This document shows, one piece after another, positions 1 through 11,737 of a stretch of DNA of 64,000 bases. Position 1 is the first letter of the stretch, and each line of letters opens with the position of its first letter. Source of the DNA: Candidatus Bathyarchaeota archaeon (GTDB lineage Archaea; Thermoproteota; Bathyarchaeia; Bathyarchaeales; Bathycorpusculaceae); contig CAVZJV010000014.1 in the NCBI GenBank assembly GCA_963775685.1, positions 640,001 to 704,000 on the forward strand. The letters are read 5' to 3'. Position numbers and translations under genes: made by a program. The notes under the pieces were generated by a model. That model did no database searches and was not told the origin of the DNA. It was given only the letters and a program-made list of their open reading frames with translations.

Positions 1-886
1 ATTAACATGTGACGGCATGACAAAACTCAGCGAAATCTTAAGCGATTACAAGATAATCTGGGGAATGAACGTACCCCGAATAAAAGACTCAACCCAATCA
101 TTGCGTTTCTGGAATGACGAAATAAAACAAATGAAAAAGCAAATTGAACAGTTCACCGGTAATAAGATAACCCGTAAAAACCTAAAAGAAGCCATCGAAA
201 CAAGCCACAGAGCCACAAAAGCGTTTCGCCGCCTCCAGGAATTACGCAAAGGCAACCCAGTTATTATGGGTAGGGACGCCATGTTGGTAAACCAAGCGTA
301 CCAGTGGGATAACAAGAAGCGTTGGACAGAAAAAACTGAAGCCTTATGCGATGAACTTGAAGCGAGGGCGCAGCTGAAAGACTGGGTTTGCCCCCCAGAT
401 ACTCCGAGAGTGATGGTGACTGGCACACCGATGTTCTGGCCTGACAACTGGAAATTGCCCAGTTTGGTTGAAGAAAGCAGTCCTCAAGGAATTATAGTAG
501 CTGACGAACAATGCTCGGGCGAAAGAATCCTCAACGACCCTGTCGGTGTCGACGAATGGTCCATGGATGACATGTTAAACGCGATAAGCGACCGTTACTT
601 GATGGCGTCCACATGCCCCTGCTTTACTAGCAAAGATGGCAACGAAGACCGAATAAACTGGCTTCTTAACAAAGTCAAAGACTGGAATATTCAAGGTGTA
701 ATCTACTATGTGGTCCGCGGCTGTATGCTCTACGCAATGGAGTACACTAGAGTCAAAAAAGCGCTGGACAAAATAAACGTCCCAGTGTACTACCTTGACA
801 CCGAATACACAAGAGAAGATGTTGGACAAATGAAGACCCGTGTGGAAGCGTTCCTTGAAATGTTAACGGCAAGAGTGGATTTCTAA
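1..886 (+). CDS. 2-hydroxyacyl-CoA dehydratase / benzoyl-CoA reductase subunit (HgdB/BcrC/BzdN family), 5' end outside window
   Basis: PRVMVTGTP, TCPCF, GCMLYAME and C-terminal LDTEY...GQMKTRVEAFLEML are typical of the family; operonic with two activases. Confidence 0.85.
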   Translation, partial: LTCDGMTKLSEILSDYKIIWGMNVPRIKDSTQSLRFWNDEIKQMKKQIEQFTGNKITRKNLKEAIETSHRATKAFRRLQELRKGNPVIMGRDAMLVNQAYQWDNKKRWTEKTEALCDELEARAQLKDWVCPPDTPRVMVTGTPMFWPDNWKLPSLVEESSPQGIIVADEQCSGERILNDPVGVDEWSMDDMLNAISDRYLMASTCPCFTSKDGNEDRINWLLNKVKDWNIQGVIYYVVRGCMLYAMEYTRVKKALDKINVPVYYLDTEYTREDVGQMKTRVEAFLEMLTARVDF

Positions 887-887
887 A

Positions 888-1673
888 ATGATAACAGTTG
901 GAATGGACTTGGGCACGCAAAGAGTGCAAGTAGTAATTGTAAAAGAAGGCTGCGTAGTTGCAAGAACCACGGCTTTCTCGGGATTTGACCCCACCAAAGC
1001 TGCAGAACAAGCCGTTGATGAAGCCCTAAAGATAGCATGTCTAAAGCTTTCAGACGTCAATCACTTCGCTGCAACAGGTTCAGCCATAGATATGGCACCA
1101 TATGCAAACAGCAAAGTTAGCATGATGAGTGCAGACGCAAAAGCAGGCGTATACCTCGTCCCTAAAGCTCGAACAATCATAGATGTCGGAGCCGAAGAAG
1201 CTAGAGCTGTAAAGTGCGATGAGAAAGGAGTAATGGCAGATTTTGTAGTGAACGAGCGCTGTGCGGCAGGTGCTGGCGCTTTTATTGAAGCTATGGCAAG
1301 GGCTCTTGAGGTAAAGATTGAGGATCTTGGTCCACTGGCACTTAAAGCAGAGAGAGCAAGCCCCATAAATGCATCCTGCGTAATCTTCGGCGAATCAGAT
1401 GTGGTTTCACTTATTCACCGCCAGGAACCCAAACCAGAAATCGCGCGAGCCGTATATGATGCAATGGCAGACCGCGTTTCCTCCATGATTCATCGCTTAG
1501 GAATAAACCCTGAAGTAGTTCTAGTGGGTGGAGTTGCCAAAGACCCAGGTTTCGTAGCGTCCCTGAATAGAAAACTAGGGTTAACTGTCACGATTCCAGA
1601 GTACCCTGAATACGTGGGTGCGCTGGGCGCTGCACTGATAGCGGCTAACCGTCCAAAGGAGCTGCAGAAATGA
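888..1673 (+). CDS. ASKHA-type acyl-CoA dehydratase activase / benzoyl-CoA reductase ATPase subunit (BadG/BcrD/BzdP-like)
   Basis: GMDLG, IDVGAEEARA, NERCAAGAGAF and CVIFGES motifs. Confidence 0.85.
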   Translation: MITVGMDLGTQRVQVVIVKEGCVVARTTAFSGFDPTKAAEQAVDEALKIACLKLSDVNHFAATGSAIDMAPYANSKVSMMSADAKAGVYLVPKARTIIDVGAEEARAVKCDEKGVMADFVVNERCAAGAGAFIEAMARALEVKIEDLGPLALKAERASPINASCVIFGESDVVSLIHRQEPKPEIARAVYDAMADRVSSMIHRLGINPEVVLVGGVAKDPGFVASLNRKLGLTVTIPEYPEYVGALGAALIAANRPKELQK

Positions 1674-2569
1674 GCGCTACACAACCGACAGAGTTTTGGC
1701 GTTGGCAAGAATACCACCGCGTAATTCCCAACAAGAAATGGACCTCCAAAGACATAATCACCGCAGGTGTCGACGTAGGGTCCGTTGGATCTAAAGCAGC
1801 CATTATGGTAAATGGTGAAGCCTACAGCTGGGGCATCACGCGCACAGGCGCCAACAGTCCAGAGAGCGCTAAAAAAGCCCTCGATTACGCCTTGGAAGGA
1901 ACCGGACTCAAAGTAGGCGACCTCAAGTACATCGTCGGCACAGGCTACGGACGCGTCAATGTACCCATGGCAAACAAAGCTATCACCGAAATTGCGTGCC
2001 ACGCTAAAGGTGCCAATTACATTTGGGGACCCCGCGTCCGGACCGTCCTTGACGTAGGCGGACAAGACATCAAAGCAATCCGCATTGACCAAACCGGCAG
2101 AGTCGTCTCGTTTTTGATGAATGACAAATGTGCAGCCGGCACAGGCAGAGGCATGGAAGTTTTTGCTGACCTTCTGCAGATTCCCATAGAACAAATCGGC
2201 GAAATCTCTCTTAAGGTCGAAAAAGAACCCGAACCCGTAAGCTGCACCTGTGTTGCCTTCGCTAAAACCGAAGCCATGGGACTACTTCGAAAGGGCTGGT
2301 CGAAAGAAAAAGTGTTAGCGGCATATACGCGAGCGATGGCTGTTCGTATGGCTAACCTCATAAACAGAGTTGGCCTAGAGAAGGAACTGGTAGTTACCGG
2401 TGGTCAATCAAAAAATATCGGCATCGTTAGCAGAATCGAAACTATCCTTGGCGTAAAGTGCCTACCTATGCCCCAATGGCGGGAGGGCGGTTTAGACCCG
2501 ATGGTTGCCGGCGCGTTGGGCGCTGCTTCACTTGCTAAAGCATTGTATGATAAAGCGCAGAAAGGATAG
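1670..2569 (+). CDS. bzdQ: Benzoyl-CoA reductase ATPase subunit, bzd-type Q (BadF/BcrA family)
   Basis: N-terminal FWRWQE extension, ITAGVDVGSVGSK, TGYGR, LDVGGQDIK, MNDKCAAGTGRGME. Confidence 0.75.
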   Translation: MSATQPTEFWRWQEYHRVIPNKKWTSKDIITAGVDVGSVGSKAAIMVNGEAYSWGITRTGANSPESAKKALDYALEGTGLKVGDLKYIVGTGYGRVNVPMANKAITEIACHAKGANYIWGPRVRTVLDVGGQDIKAIRIDQTGRVVSFLMNDKCAAGTGRGMEVFADLLQIPIEQIGEISLKVEKEPEPVSCTCVAFAKTEAMGLLRKGWSKEKVLAAYTRAMAVRMANLINRVGLEKELVVTGGQSKNIGIVSRIETILGVKCLPMPQWREGGLDPMVAGALGAASLAKALYDKAQKG

Positions 2570-2576
2570 ATTGCTT

Positions 2577-2879
2577 GTGATTACGCATTATGGCTACTGT
2601 GATGGCTCAGGCGAATTCTACATCATTATTGACTCGGATAAATGCAACGGCTGTGGCAAATGTGTAAAAAATTGCCCCCAAGTAGCGCTTATACTTGAAA
2701 CTGAATTCATCGATCTTGAAGATAAAACCGTCGTAGCAATCTCTGAAGCGCACCGCAAAAAAATCAAATACACATGCAGCTCCTGTAATCCTCAAACCAA
2801 CAATACTCCCTGTGTGCTGGCTTGCGAGTTAAAAGCAATCAAATGCATCTGGAACCTCAGTAAGCCACCAATCTTATAA
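2577..2879 (+). CDS. 4Fe-4S ferredoxin (BzdM-like electron donor)
   Basis: GTG start at 2577; HYGYxDGSGEFYI, CNGCGKCVKNCP, CSSC...PCVLAC; directly follows the reductase genes. Confidence 0.8.
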   Translation: MITHYGYCDGSGEFYIIIDSDKCNGCGKCVKNCPQVALILETEFIDLEDKTVVAISEAHRKKIKYTCSSCNPQTNNTPCVLACELKAIKCIWNLSKPPIL

Positions 2880-2910
2880 ACACAAAAACCTGATAAGGAT
2901 TCGGTAAAAA

Positions 2911-3930
2911 ATGAAAAAGAAAACGCAACTTCAAGGGTCTGTTTATAAAACCAACAATTACTTCTTGACCCCCGCAATCACGACCATAGCGTTTCCCATG
3001 TTAATTGGGAGAAAAAAACAACCAGAGTTGCCCACGGAAACAGCCCCCAAGCCCACCCCAAAACCTAAGGGGCTTACAGTAACAAAATACGAAATTGCGG
3101 ACAGTGTCTTGAAATTTTTTGATGCAAAAGGGTTTCTCAAAAAACGGTGGGTGATAATTAAAGAAATCCCTGTTTACAAGATAACAAGCATCGAGAGTTT
3201 TGGCAACGAAGTAACAATAGACTGGAACGACTCTGTTTTTTCGTTTGTTTCCAAGAAAAAAAATGAATCTTTCACCGAGTTGCGTGACCAGATTCGAGAT
3301 TTGCTTGAAAGACAGCAGCAAACTCTGAGCGCCACCTCAAAAGATAGCCTAAAAAAAATAGAGCTTTCACCCATAATTAATTCTTCAATCTCTATTGTTG
3401 ACTCATCATTCAACATTTTGATGGGTTTGCAACCAAAGATAGTTAACTGGACTCATCTGGAGGGCTATACGGACATTTTAGGGAGCAACTTGGACTTTAA
3501 AGGGCTATCGTTGGAAAAATTAAACTTAGATTTTGGATTTGTTTCTGCTGCCGTCAAAAAGCAGGCGCCTCAAGAGACAGCAAAAGAATCTTTCGAAATT
3601 CTAAAGAAGATTTACGGGTACTTTGACGACTTAAATCTCGATAACGACGTGAACGGTGGCAGCAGCATCGTGAAGAATGTGAAAGAGGTAATCTTTGCAT
3701 ATTATATATTGAACGATCTGATGCTTGGGAAAGTTATTGGTGTAGCGGACAGCGAGAAAGAGGTTTCAGCACTAGAGGGTGTCTTGTTGGAGCTGGCTAA
3801 TAAGTCAAATCTTAAGCTTAGCTTTGGGCAGCTCAAGGTTTGTTTGAACCAGATTGTTAGTGAAGGGTATAATGATGGCGTAATAGAGGATGCGCGTCTG
3901 ATTTTTAAGGATCAGTTAAAGTTGCTTTAG
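2911..3930 (+). CDS. Hypothetical protein (start may be 2998)
   Basis: 339-aa open frame, no recognised motif. Confidence 0.6.
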   Translation: MKKKTQLQGSVYKTNNYFLTPAITTIAFPMLIGRKKQPELPTETAPKPTPKPKGLTVTKYEIADSVLKFFDAKGFLKKRWVIIKEIPVYKITSIESFGNEVTIDWNDSVFSFVSKKKNESFTELRDQIRDLLERQQQTLSATSKDSLKKIELSPIINSSISIVDSSFNILMGLQPKIVNWTHLEGYTDILGSNLDFKGLSLEKLNLDFGFVSAAVKKQAPQETAKESFEILKKIYGYFDDLNLDNDVNGGSSIVKNVKEVIFAYYILNDLMLGKVIGVADSEKEVSALEGVLLELANKSNLKLSFGQLKVCLNQIVSEGYNDGVIEDARLIFKDQLKLL

Positions 3931-4394
3931 GAGTGCGATAGATTAGAGACCCTTTAGACTGGCTTGTTTGGTTTTTGCGAAAGGTCAGATAATAACGCGT
4001 CTCACTTTAATTTGGATATAAGATAATGAACGATGAAATATTTCTAATCTATCATTGTTAACAGCTTTATTTACAACTAATTCTGATCTTGGAAAGTCCC
4101 CAATGGAACCTCCAGATAAGAAACCTCATTGAAACAAAAACTATCATACGAAAACCTCCGAGCGCTACCCGAAACCTCCGTCAGAACCGACCTGTTGTGA
4201 TATGGCGGCCCTTTAAAGCAAAGACTGACAATTTAGCAAAGCTCTCCGAAACCCTTAATCAAGCGGTGAATGTTGTCCGAAGACCAGCATTCAGTATTGA
4301 GTATTGATAATCAATATAACCTGTATTATTTGAGCATTCGCTAGCTTTATCTACCGAAAACATCAATTGAATGTAAGACAATTGGGGTAGAAAA

Positions 4395-4955
4395 ATGACA
4401 AAGAGTCCACAATCAAAAGATGACGCGCTCGAGGCATTAGACTTCATAGTCAACGTTTTAAAAGAACATGAAAAAGACTTAGATAAGCTCATTAATGAGT
4501 TAGCAACAGTCACCGAACAAATGGGAGACAACAGCGAACTAAACGCCAAAGTCAAAAAAGTAGAAGGAAAAATAGACACAATTCAAAAAGAAGTCACAAA
4601 CTTGGTAGGTCAACTATCCCGTGCACCTAATCAAGAATTGCCAACTACAACTTTTAGAGAACAGACAGTTGAAATGGCACCTTCATTTGCTTCCATAGCA
4701 ACTGGCTTGCCATCCACGATTTTGCGGTGCAAGCAGTGGGAGGATTTCCAAGTCTTGGCGGCTCGGGCTCAAACACTGTCTTTTAGCTATAAAGAAGATG
4801 AGAAGGTTTTCCAGGCAGACGCAATTAAGGGTAATCAAATCATCTCCTATAATGGAGCGCTTCCAAAGTTTTCATCTATTCTGAAGATGTGGCTGTCTAA
4901 GCAGCTTGATGTGGCTGAACGTAACGTTTTGGAAGGCGTTTTGACCGTAAATTAA
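4395..4955 (+). CDS. Hypothetical protein with N-terminal coiled coil
   Basis: 186-aa ORF with a heptad-like N-terminal half. Confidence 0.65.
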   Translation: MTKSPQSKDDALEALDFIVNVLKEHEKDLDKLINELATVTEQMGDNSELNAKVKKVEGKIDTIQKEVTNLVGQLSRAPNQELPTTTFREQTVEMAPSFASIATGLPSTILRCKQWEDFQVLAARAQTLSFSYKEDEKVFQADAIKGNQIISYNGALPKFSSILKMWLSKQLDVAERNVLEGVLTVN

Positions 4956-5361
4956 GGTAGCTTACGCTGAATTCATATCTCCATTTTTTATTTTTGTTTC
5001 ACAAGGCTTATAAGTAATCTATAATATCTTAAGTCTTGTTAGTGATTGGATGGATTGGTTAAGGTTGAAGGCTACACCACTACGCCCAAAAAACAATTTC
5101 CGTTTTCGAAGCCTTCTCCTTTCTCCTCGATACGGATGGCAAGTGGACAGCCAACACACATAACCACCCATCCAAAAGCACTAACAAAAAAATCTCCAAA
5201 ACAATCCCTCATTATGATAGAACATAAATTAAGAGACAGGACACTGGAGAGGTCGCGACCCTTCAACATAGCACAGTTTCTCCGTTAAAAAAATGGCAGG
5301 CTATAGAAAAAAAAGCAAAGCTGAGTTCAATAAGGACGTCAAAAAATAAAAGAAAAATAGG

Positions 5362-5934
5362 CTAATAGTTCTCTGTCCAGACTTCAAAGTAGGCTTTGGA
5401 GTGATCACATGTTGGGCATTTATCTGGCGCTGAGTCACCTTCCATGACTAAGCCGCAGTTTCTGCACTTCCACTTGACTGGTTGATCCTTCTTGAATACT
5501 TTGCCTTGCTGTAAACTTTCAAGCAACTTGTTGTATCGACGTTCATGATAAGCTTCTACTTTTGCAACACTCCGAAAAGTCCAAGCAACATCTTTAAATC
5601 CTTCCTGTTCAGCAACCTCACCGAAGTTGGGGTAGAGTGTTCCCCACTCGAGTTTTTCTCCTTCAGCTGCCGCTTTAAGGTGATCGGCGGTCGAAGCGAT
5701 TACGCCTGCTGGATAGGTTGCTTTGATTTCAACCATTCCGCCTTTCAGATGCTTAAAGAATAACTCGGCATGTTCCTTCTCGTTACCTGCAGTTTCCTCA
5801 AAAATCGCCGCAATTTGCTCATACCCTTCTTTTTTGGCTACGCTGGCGAAGAATGTGTAGCGGTTACGTGCTTGAGATTCGCCAGCAAAGGCGGCTAGAA
5901 GGTTCTTTTCTGTTTGACTTCCAACAAAATTCAT
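5362..5934 (-). CDS. rbr: Rubrerythrin
   Basis: AFAGESQARNRY, EKEHA, EGEKLE, EAYHE diiron motifs; C-terminal rubredoxin WKCRNCG...CPTC. Confidence 0.95.
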   Translation of the reverse strand: MNFVGSQTEKNLLAAFAGESQARNRYTFFASVAKKEGYEQIAAIFEETAGNEKEHAELFFKHLKGGMVEIKATYPAGVIASTADHLKAAAEGEKLEWGTLYPNFGEVAEQEGFKDVAWTFRSVAKVEAYHERRYNKLLESLQQGKVFKKDQPVKWKCRNCGLVMEGDSAPDKCPTCDHSKAYFEVWTENY

Positions 5935-6086
5935 ACTGTTTAACTCCTACCTTTTGATATCTGAAACCAAAATAAAAGTGTTCCCAGTTTTTTCTATATT
6001 AATGTGAACGCTTTTATTTTCCACCACTCATTAGTTGTATGCCGGATGATGAGAAGGCATTAGCTTGACAACTTGTTGGATGACGG

Positions 6087-6107
6087 ATCAGAGTTACTCA
6101 GACGGCA
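6087..6107 (+). repeat. Candidate attL direct repeat
   Basis: ATCAGAGTTACTCAGACGGCA, 20/21 identical to 38236-38256; ends ~55 bp upstream of the integrase start. Confidence 0.5.
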
Positions 6108-6160
6108 ACGTCTGGGAAACTTTATGTTGCGAAGAAGTATAAGGTTTCTCAGGCGAAAAG

Positions 6161-7459
6161 ATGAGAAAATACGCTAGAGAGTGGGTTCAAAATTATCCCA
6201 GCATCGCAAAAATCTATGAAGCAATCGCGGGCATCAGGCGAATGGGCTCCGAGGGCACAGTTGAGATTTATGTTAAGGGCGTAAAAGGTTTCGTTGAGTA
6301 TTTAGGCTATTCTGACCCTGAAACAGCGCTCCTAGCAATTAAAGAAGGCAAGATAAACGTCGAAGAGAAAGTAGACAAATTTATCGATTATGCATTAGAA
6401 GAACAAAATAAAGCTCACAATCACGTTCGTAATCATGTTTTTGGCGTCAAAAAATGGTTTGGGTTAAACGGTATCCAAATGGATTGGAAGAAAATTGAGC
6501 TACCAACCACGTCAGAAATCCGAGAAGAGGATCGAGCACCTACAAAAGATGAGCTAAAGAGTCTGCTTAATCATGGAACATCTCGAGACCGTGCGGTTAT
6601 TTTTTGTGATTCAAGCAGTGGTCTTAGGGCAGGTACTCTCTTTAGCTTAAAGAAAGGGGACTTAGACCCTAATTATCCAGATTTGGCACGTTTAACTGTT
6701 CAAAGGAAAAGAGGTAGAAAATTCACTAGTAAGCGACGAGGAACTGCGGGAAGGTTATTCTGCACTTTCATTACGCCCGAAGCAAAGACCGCTCTGCTGC
6801 AATACTTCGAGGAAAGAGAAGCAGCAGGAGAAGTCCTAACTGATGAATCACCTCTCATAGGCGATAATTATCATAAAGGCAAGTTCACAACCATAGAGGA
6901 TTACGAAAAGGTCTGGGCAAGAATCCTAAAGCGAGCAGGATTAGCCAAAAAATCAAACAAATGGTACGAGCTACATATTCATACGCTAAGAAAGTATTTC
7001 CGTTCAAACTGCATCGGAGTTGACGCCAGTTACCGAGAACGCTGGATGGGCCATAAAGGACTCTACCTTGACATGAGTTACTTTAAAGCTGATGAACCAA
7101 AGAATCTGGAAGAATACCGCAAAGTCATTCCGCATTTAACTATTCAGGCAACTCCAATAGAAGAGAAGAAACTACGGTCGAAGATGCTTCTCGACTTCGC
7201 AAGACTCCAAGGGTACGATGACAATCAACTGCAAAAACTAGGCGATGTTTTAGCAAGAGCCAAAGACGTTGATGAAGCCATAACAGAATTTAGACATCTG
7301 AACGAAGACAGCGCACAGACAGACAACAGAGCTCAAAGTAGAAGTGCAACTGGAAAGTACAGCGTCGTGAAGGGAGAAGGGGAACTTGTTAAACATTTAG
7401 ATGACGGCTGGAGTTTAATTCAGAGCCTAAGCGAAGAAAAGTTTCTAATGAAAATGTAG
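6161..7459 (+). CDS. Tyrosine recombinase / site-specific integrase (intact)
   Basis: SSGLRAG (R), HTLRKYF (H-x-x-R), WMGH, MSYF (Y). Confidence 0.92.
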   Translation: MRKYAREWVQNYPSIAKIYEAIAGIRRMGSEGTVEIYVKGVKGFVEYLGYSDPETALLAIKEGKINVEEKVDKFIDYALEEQNKAHNHVRNHVFGVKKWFGLNGIQMDWKKIELPTTSEIREEDRAPTKDELKSLLNHGTSRDRAVIFCDSSSGLRAGTLFSLKKGDLDPNYPDLARLTVQRKRGRKFTSKRRGTAGRLFCTFITPEAKTALLQYFEEREAAGEVLTDESPLIGDNYHKGKFTTIEDYEKVWARILKRAGLAKKSNKWYELHIHTLRKYFRSNCIGVDASYRERWMGHKGLYLDMSYFKADEPKNLEEYRKVIPHLTIQATPIEEKKLRSKMLLDFARLQGYDDNQLQKLGDVLARAKDVDEAITEFRHLNEDSAQTDNRAQSRSATGKYSVVKGEGELVKHLDDGWSLIQSLSEEKFLMKM

Positions 7460-7804
7460 TTCATTATTTCTAGGAAATGATTGGGGGTCGTAGTCTAGTT
7501 TCGGTCTAGCAAACTGCTGTCGACATCGACAAAAGAATTTTCGTGTTTTGCAATCTCTCCTTTTTTCTAGAGAGATACCGTGGAGCGAACCTCTGACTAA
7601 ACTGCTGTTTTTCAGGATGCCATTATTTACCGTTTTTCTTGACATTATTCCTAATTATAGGAAATACGATTAACAGCATAGATAATATGGATGCTAACCC
7701 TATGTGTACTAGGCGCAGTATTGAAACAGCCAACCTGCGTGCCTTGTTGGAAAACACAAATGCTTTTAACCCTATTTCCCCCATAAAAAACTGGAGAAAA
7801 AAAT

Positions 7805-8865
7805 ACGCAAGCCAAAATCAAGAAAATATTAGACGCAAGCGTTCGAGTAATAAGAGATTGCTGCTTGGAAAATGGAGCTATTGTTGCTGCAAATTGCTCC
7901 AAGGATTATTTTCCAAAGGAAGCTAAATATTATACGTATGTTTGGCCTAGAGATGCTTCTTTTACTTGTGTTGCCTCTGATATTCTTGGAATTGAAAATC
8001 AAGAGAGATTTTTTGATTGGTGCATAAGAAGGGCTGAGGGCTTTCAGAATAGTGGATTGTTTTTTGAGAAATATTACACTAATGGATTAAAAGCGCGTTT
8101 TAGATTTCAACCAGATCAAACTGGGTCCGTTCTTTGGGCAGTCTGGCATCATTTCAGAGATGATCTGAAGAAAGCTCTTCGTTACAAGAACTTGGTTGAA
8201 AAGGCTGCTAACGGTATATGTGACAAATGGAAAGGTGATCATTTTGCCGTCATCACAAGTGACTTGTGGGAGGAAAGGTCGACATTCCCTGATTTGAAGG
8301 AAAACTGGACTTATTCCTAGCTGCTTGCATCAAGGGGTTAGAATGTGCTAACGATATAGCGCCTAATGAGAGATGGATTGAAGTTGCTAACTTAATGCGG
8401 AAAAGGCTCGAAAATCATTGTCTATCTTACTATTTTAGGAGTTACGGTGACCTTAGCGATAAGAGAGTTGATGCTTCCCTTTTGGGTTTAGTTTACCCTT
8501 TTGAAATCTTTTCCCCAAATAATCCCAAAATCGTTGCAACCATCAAAGAGCTTGAGACTAAGTTGGTGGTTGATGGTGGCCTTCACCGGTATGAGCAAGA
8601 CGAATACGATGGTTGGATGTATGAAGAGCAGCATAGAATGAAAGGTTCTGGAGCATGGCCTTTACTCAACTTTTGGCTAAGCATTTACAACGCAAAGGCA
8701 GGTAACAAAGAAAAGGCCCTTCAGTACTATAACTGGGTCCTGGATAAAGTTGATAGCTTTATCCCTGAGCAAATATTTGATAACGATATTCAAATTTCAG
8801 TTAGTCCACTTTGCTGGAGTCACTCAATGTTCGTTTTAGCTAGCAAAGAATTGAATTATATTTAA
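7805..8865 (+). pseudogene. Glycoside hydrolase family 15 (glucoamylase-like), one frameshift near 8317
   Basis: NGAIVAA, YTYVWPRDAS, QPDQTG, DLWEE, VDASLL, LHRYE, PLCWSHSM; frame opens at ACG 7805 behind GGAG. Confidence 0.85.
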
Positions 8866-9328
8866 GTTTCTTGGTGTTGGTTATCAAAGACTACTGACAA
8901 TTTTTAGGTTCAAGTTTATGAATTATGTGTTTGAACCAAGCATAGATGTATACTACTCCTAAAACACCAAAACCAAATAGTGACACATAGAATAACCATC
9001 AAGCACTTGGAAAAAAAGAGATTACTTCATTTCTAGTTATTGCCATTAGGACAATTTAAAAAAAATGGAGACTTCATTGAAGCAGATTGCTGGACAGAGT
9101 CTCCGACAAACGTTGTTGCGAATTAACCAAATATAACCAAAATCAATCAAGAGATAACTGAATTTTGGCGTTTTTACGTTCCTTTTTTTAAGAGAAAATA
9201 AGAATTGATTTTGTCGTCAGTGTACACTTGCCAATCTATATTATTAATCAAAAAGCTATAGACGATATTGAGCACTAAGTAAATCAATCGTTTACTTTTT
9301 GCTTAACCAAATTTGGAGAAAAGGAAAA

Positions 9329-11737
9329 ATGCAAAAAAAAGTAGCTACTATTGTATTAATAATACTATTAAGTATAACAGCTATCCCCTTGCTATCAACA
9401 ACTAAGGCTGCGACAACCTACAACTACCAAACCTTTGCTTATCTCTCTATTCGACCAAACCCTATAGGAGTCAACCAAGCTTTACTGATTAACTTTTGGA
9501 TAACACCGCCCATGCCTCAACCCGGCATTCTAGCACATGGTTACACAGTTGAAATCACACGTCCTGACGGAACCAAAGAAACTCTCGGACCATTTACTAG
9601 CATAAAGCAGACACCTCGATGTGGACCGAGTGGATACCAAAGACAGTTGGGACATATCAATTGAAAGTCATTTATCCAGGAGAAACAGTTCCCTCAGGAA
9701 CACCATATCAGAGCACCGTAATGACATCTACATTTTCAAGCAAGACAGTGGACACTTACGTTTTCGCTCCTGCTGAAAGTCCAGTAACAGAACTCATTGT
9801 ACAGGAAGAACCTATTCCTGGCTACCAACCAACTCCACTTCCAACAGAATATTGGGCACGCCCAGTATCAATCGAAAACAAAGAATGGGCCTCACTTATG
9901 GGTAACTGGGTAATGAGCAGTAACAGCCCTAATAGCGCATACTATCAGCCATATGGGGGAGGACCAGAATCGGCACACATTCTTTGGGTTAAAACCACTG
10001 GCAAAGGCGGTATAGTCGGCGACGTTTATGGAGATAGCGTATACAGCGGCGACCCACTAGGAACACGCGTTTACAGTATATGCAACTCGCTATTGCCGGA
10101 ATGGGGTACTACAGCGCACCCGATGGAGTACATTGTGTAAACTTGCGTACTGGAGAAGAGTTATGGGTTCAAAAAGGCATAACTCTGTCCCTTGCAATCG
10201 CTGAAAACTATCTTGTACGCGCTCAAGGTCCACCAGTCGATTCCTACAACGCATACTTGATGCAACTAGGTTCATATCTTTACAAATGGGATGCATACAC
10301 TGGTGAATTAATCGTCAACGTAACCGGCATGTCAGGAACCTACGACCCAACCCCCTACGACGCGGGCGACTGGGGTGTGCAAACATACGTTTACAGCACA
10401 CAGACACTTGGCGGTCAAAGATACCTAATTAAATGGACTCCGCAAGGCAATAGTAATAACTTCACCAGCAGAACCGTATACAATGTCACCTATCCGCTTG
10501 CTGGCATAACTGGAATATCGGGAAATTATGGCTTCTACTATGGCGTAACACCTAACACTGTTAACCCCTCAGGAGCGTTTGATATTAAAACAGGACAGAT
10601 AGTATGGATGAAAAACTACACTATCAACGAAGCACAGTTCTCAAGCGCTGGAACTCTAACTGAAGAGGGAATTTACGTCTATCCGAAATATTATGGTGAC
10701 CCCAATCAGCAGGGATTAAGACCACTGATGGCTATTGACATATCAAACGGGAACATTCTGTACGATTCCACTGTAACTACCTATCCTTGGGGAAGCTTTT
10801 GGAGCTACTCTAAAGCAGCAGCTTACGGTATGGTCTATTACCCAACCTACACAGGACATGTCTGGGCATTTGACGCAGCAACAGGTCAAGTTGTCTGGAA
10901 AGGCGGGTACAATCCAGTGGGCTATGAAACGCCCTATGGCTACCAACCTTTCTTTTCCTCGATTGCAGTTGCGGGCGAAAAAGTCTATGCTGGAAACGAC
11001 GAGCACAGTGAACAATCACCATATTATCAAGGAAAAGGAATGTGGTGTCTCGATGCTTACACGGGAGAAACAATATGGAACATAAGTTTCTGGTCACCGG
11101 GCTTTAACATGCAAGGACTCTTAGCCGACGGATTACTTGTGGCCACCAACTTCTATGACGGTCGCCAGTACGCCTTCGGTAAAGGCAAAGCGCAACTACA
11201 ATTGTAGCATCACCTGAAGTTACTATTCACGGATCTAGCGTACTGATAACGGGTACTGTAAATGATGTTTCCCCAAGCGCTAAAGATGACCGAGCAGTAG
11301 CATTGTATCCAAACGGTGTTCCATGTGTTTCTGAAGAGAGCCAAAGCGCATTCATGGAATATGTCTACATGCAAAAAGCAAAGCCAATGAACACAACCGG
11401 TGTTTCCGTAACATTAAGCGTTCTTGACTCCAATGGCAATTACAGAGACATAGGCACTGTAAACACTAACGCCGACGGGTACTACAGCTCAAACTGGACC
11501 CCTGACATCGATGGAACATACACTGTCTATGCTTCGTTTGCTGGCAGCACTTCCTATTGGCCATCTCATGCAATCGCAGCCTTCGCCGTTGACCCAACAT
11601 CGCAAACCCCAACACCAACAGCAGTTCCAGTTCAATCAATGGTGGATCAGTACTTCTTAACGGCTGTCATAGGCTTAGCGCTCGTAATCATCGCATGCTT
11701 TGCAGTAACGATTCTAATCCTTAGAAAACGACCCTAA
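9329..11737 (+). pseudogene. Secreted PQQ-like beta-propeller repeat protein, paralog 1 (about 3 frameshifts)
   Basis: Signal peptide, PNPIGVNQ, PLPTEYWARP, AFDAATGQVVW-type repeats, C-terminal TM + LRKRP; pieces 9299/9619/10080/11303. Confidence 0.85.

Noticed and set aside
6044-6103. C/D box sRNA (ATGATGA ... TTGA ... GGATGA)
   Set aside because: No terminal CTGA D box, and the region overlaps the candidate att repeat.
6039-6164. Selenocysteine or readthrough ORF with two in-frame TGA upstream of the integrase
   Set aside because: No redox motif context or SECIS-like hairpin seen; more simply non-coding.
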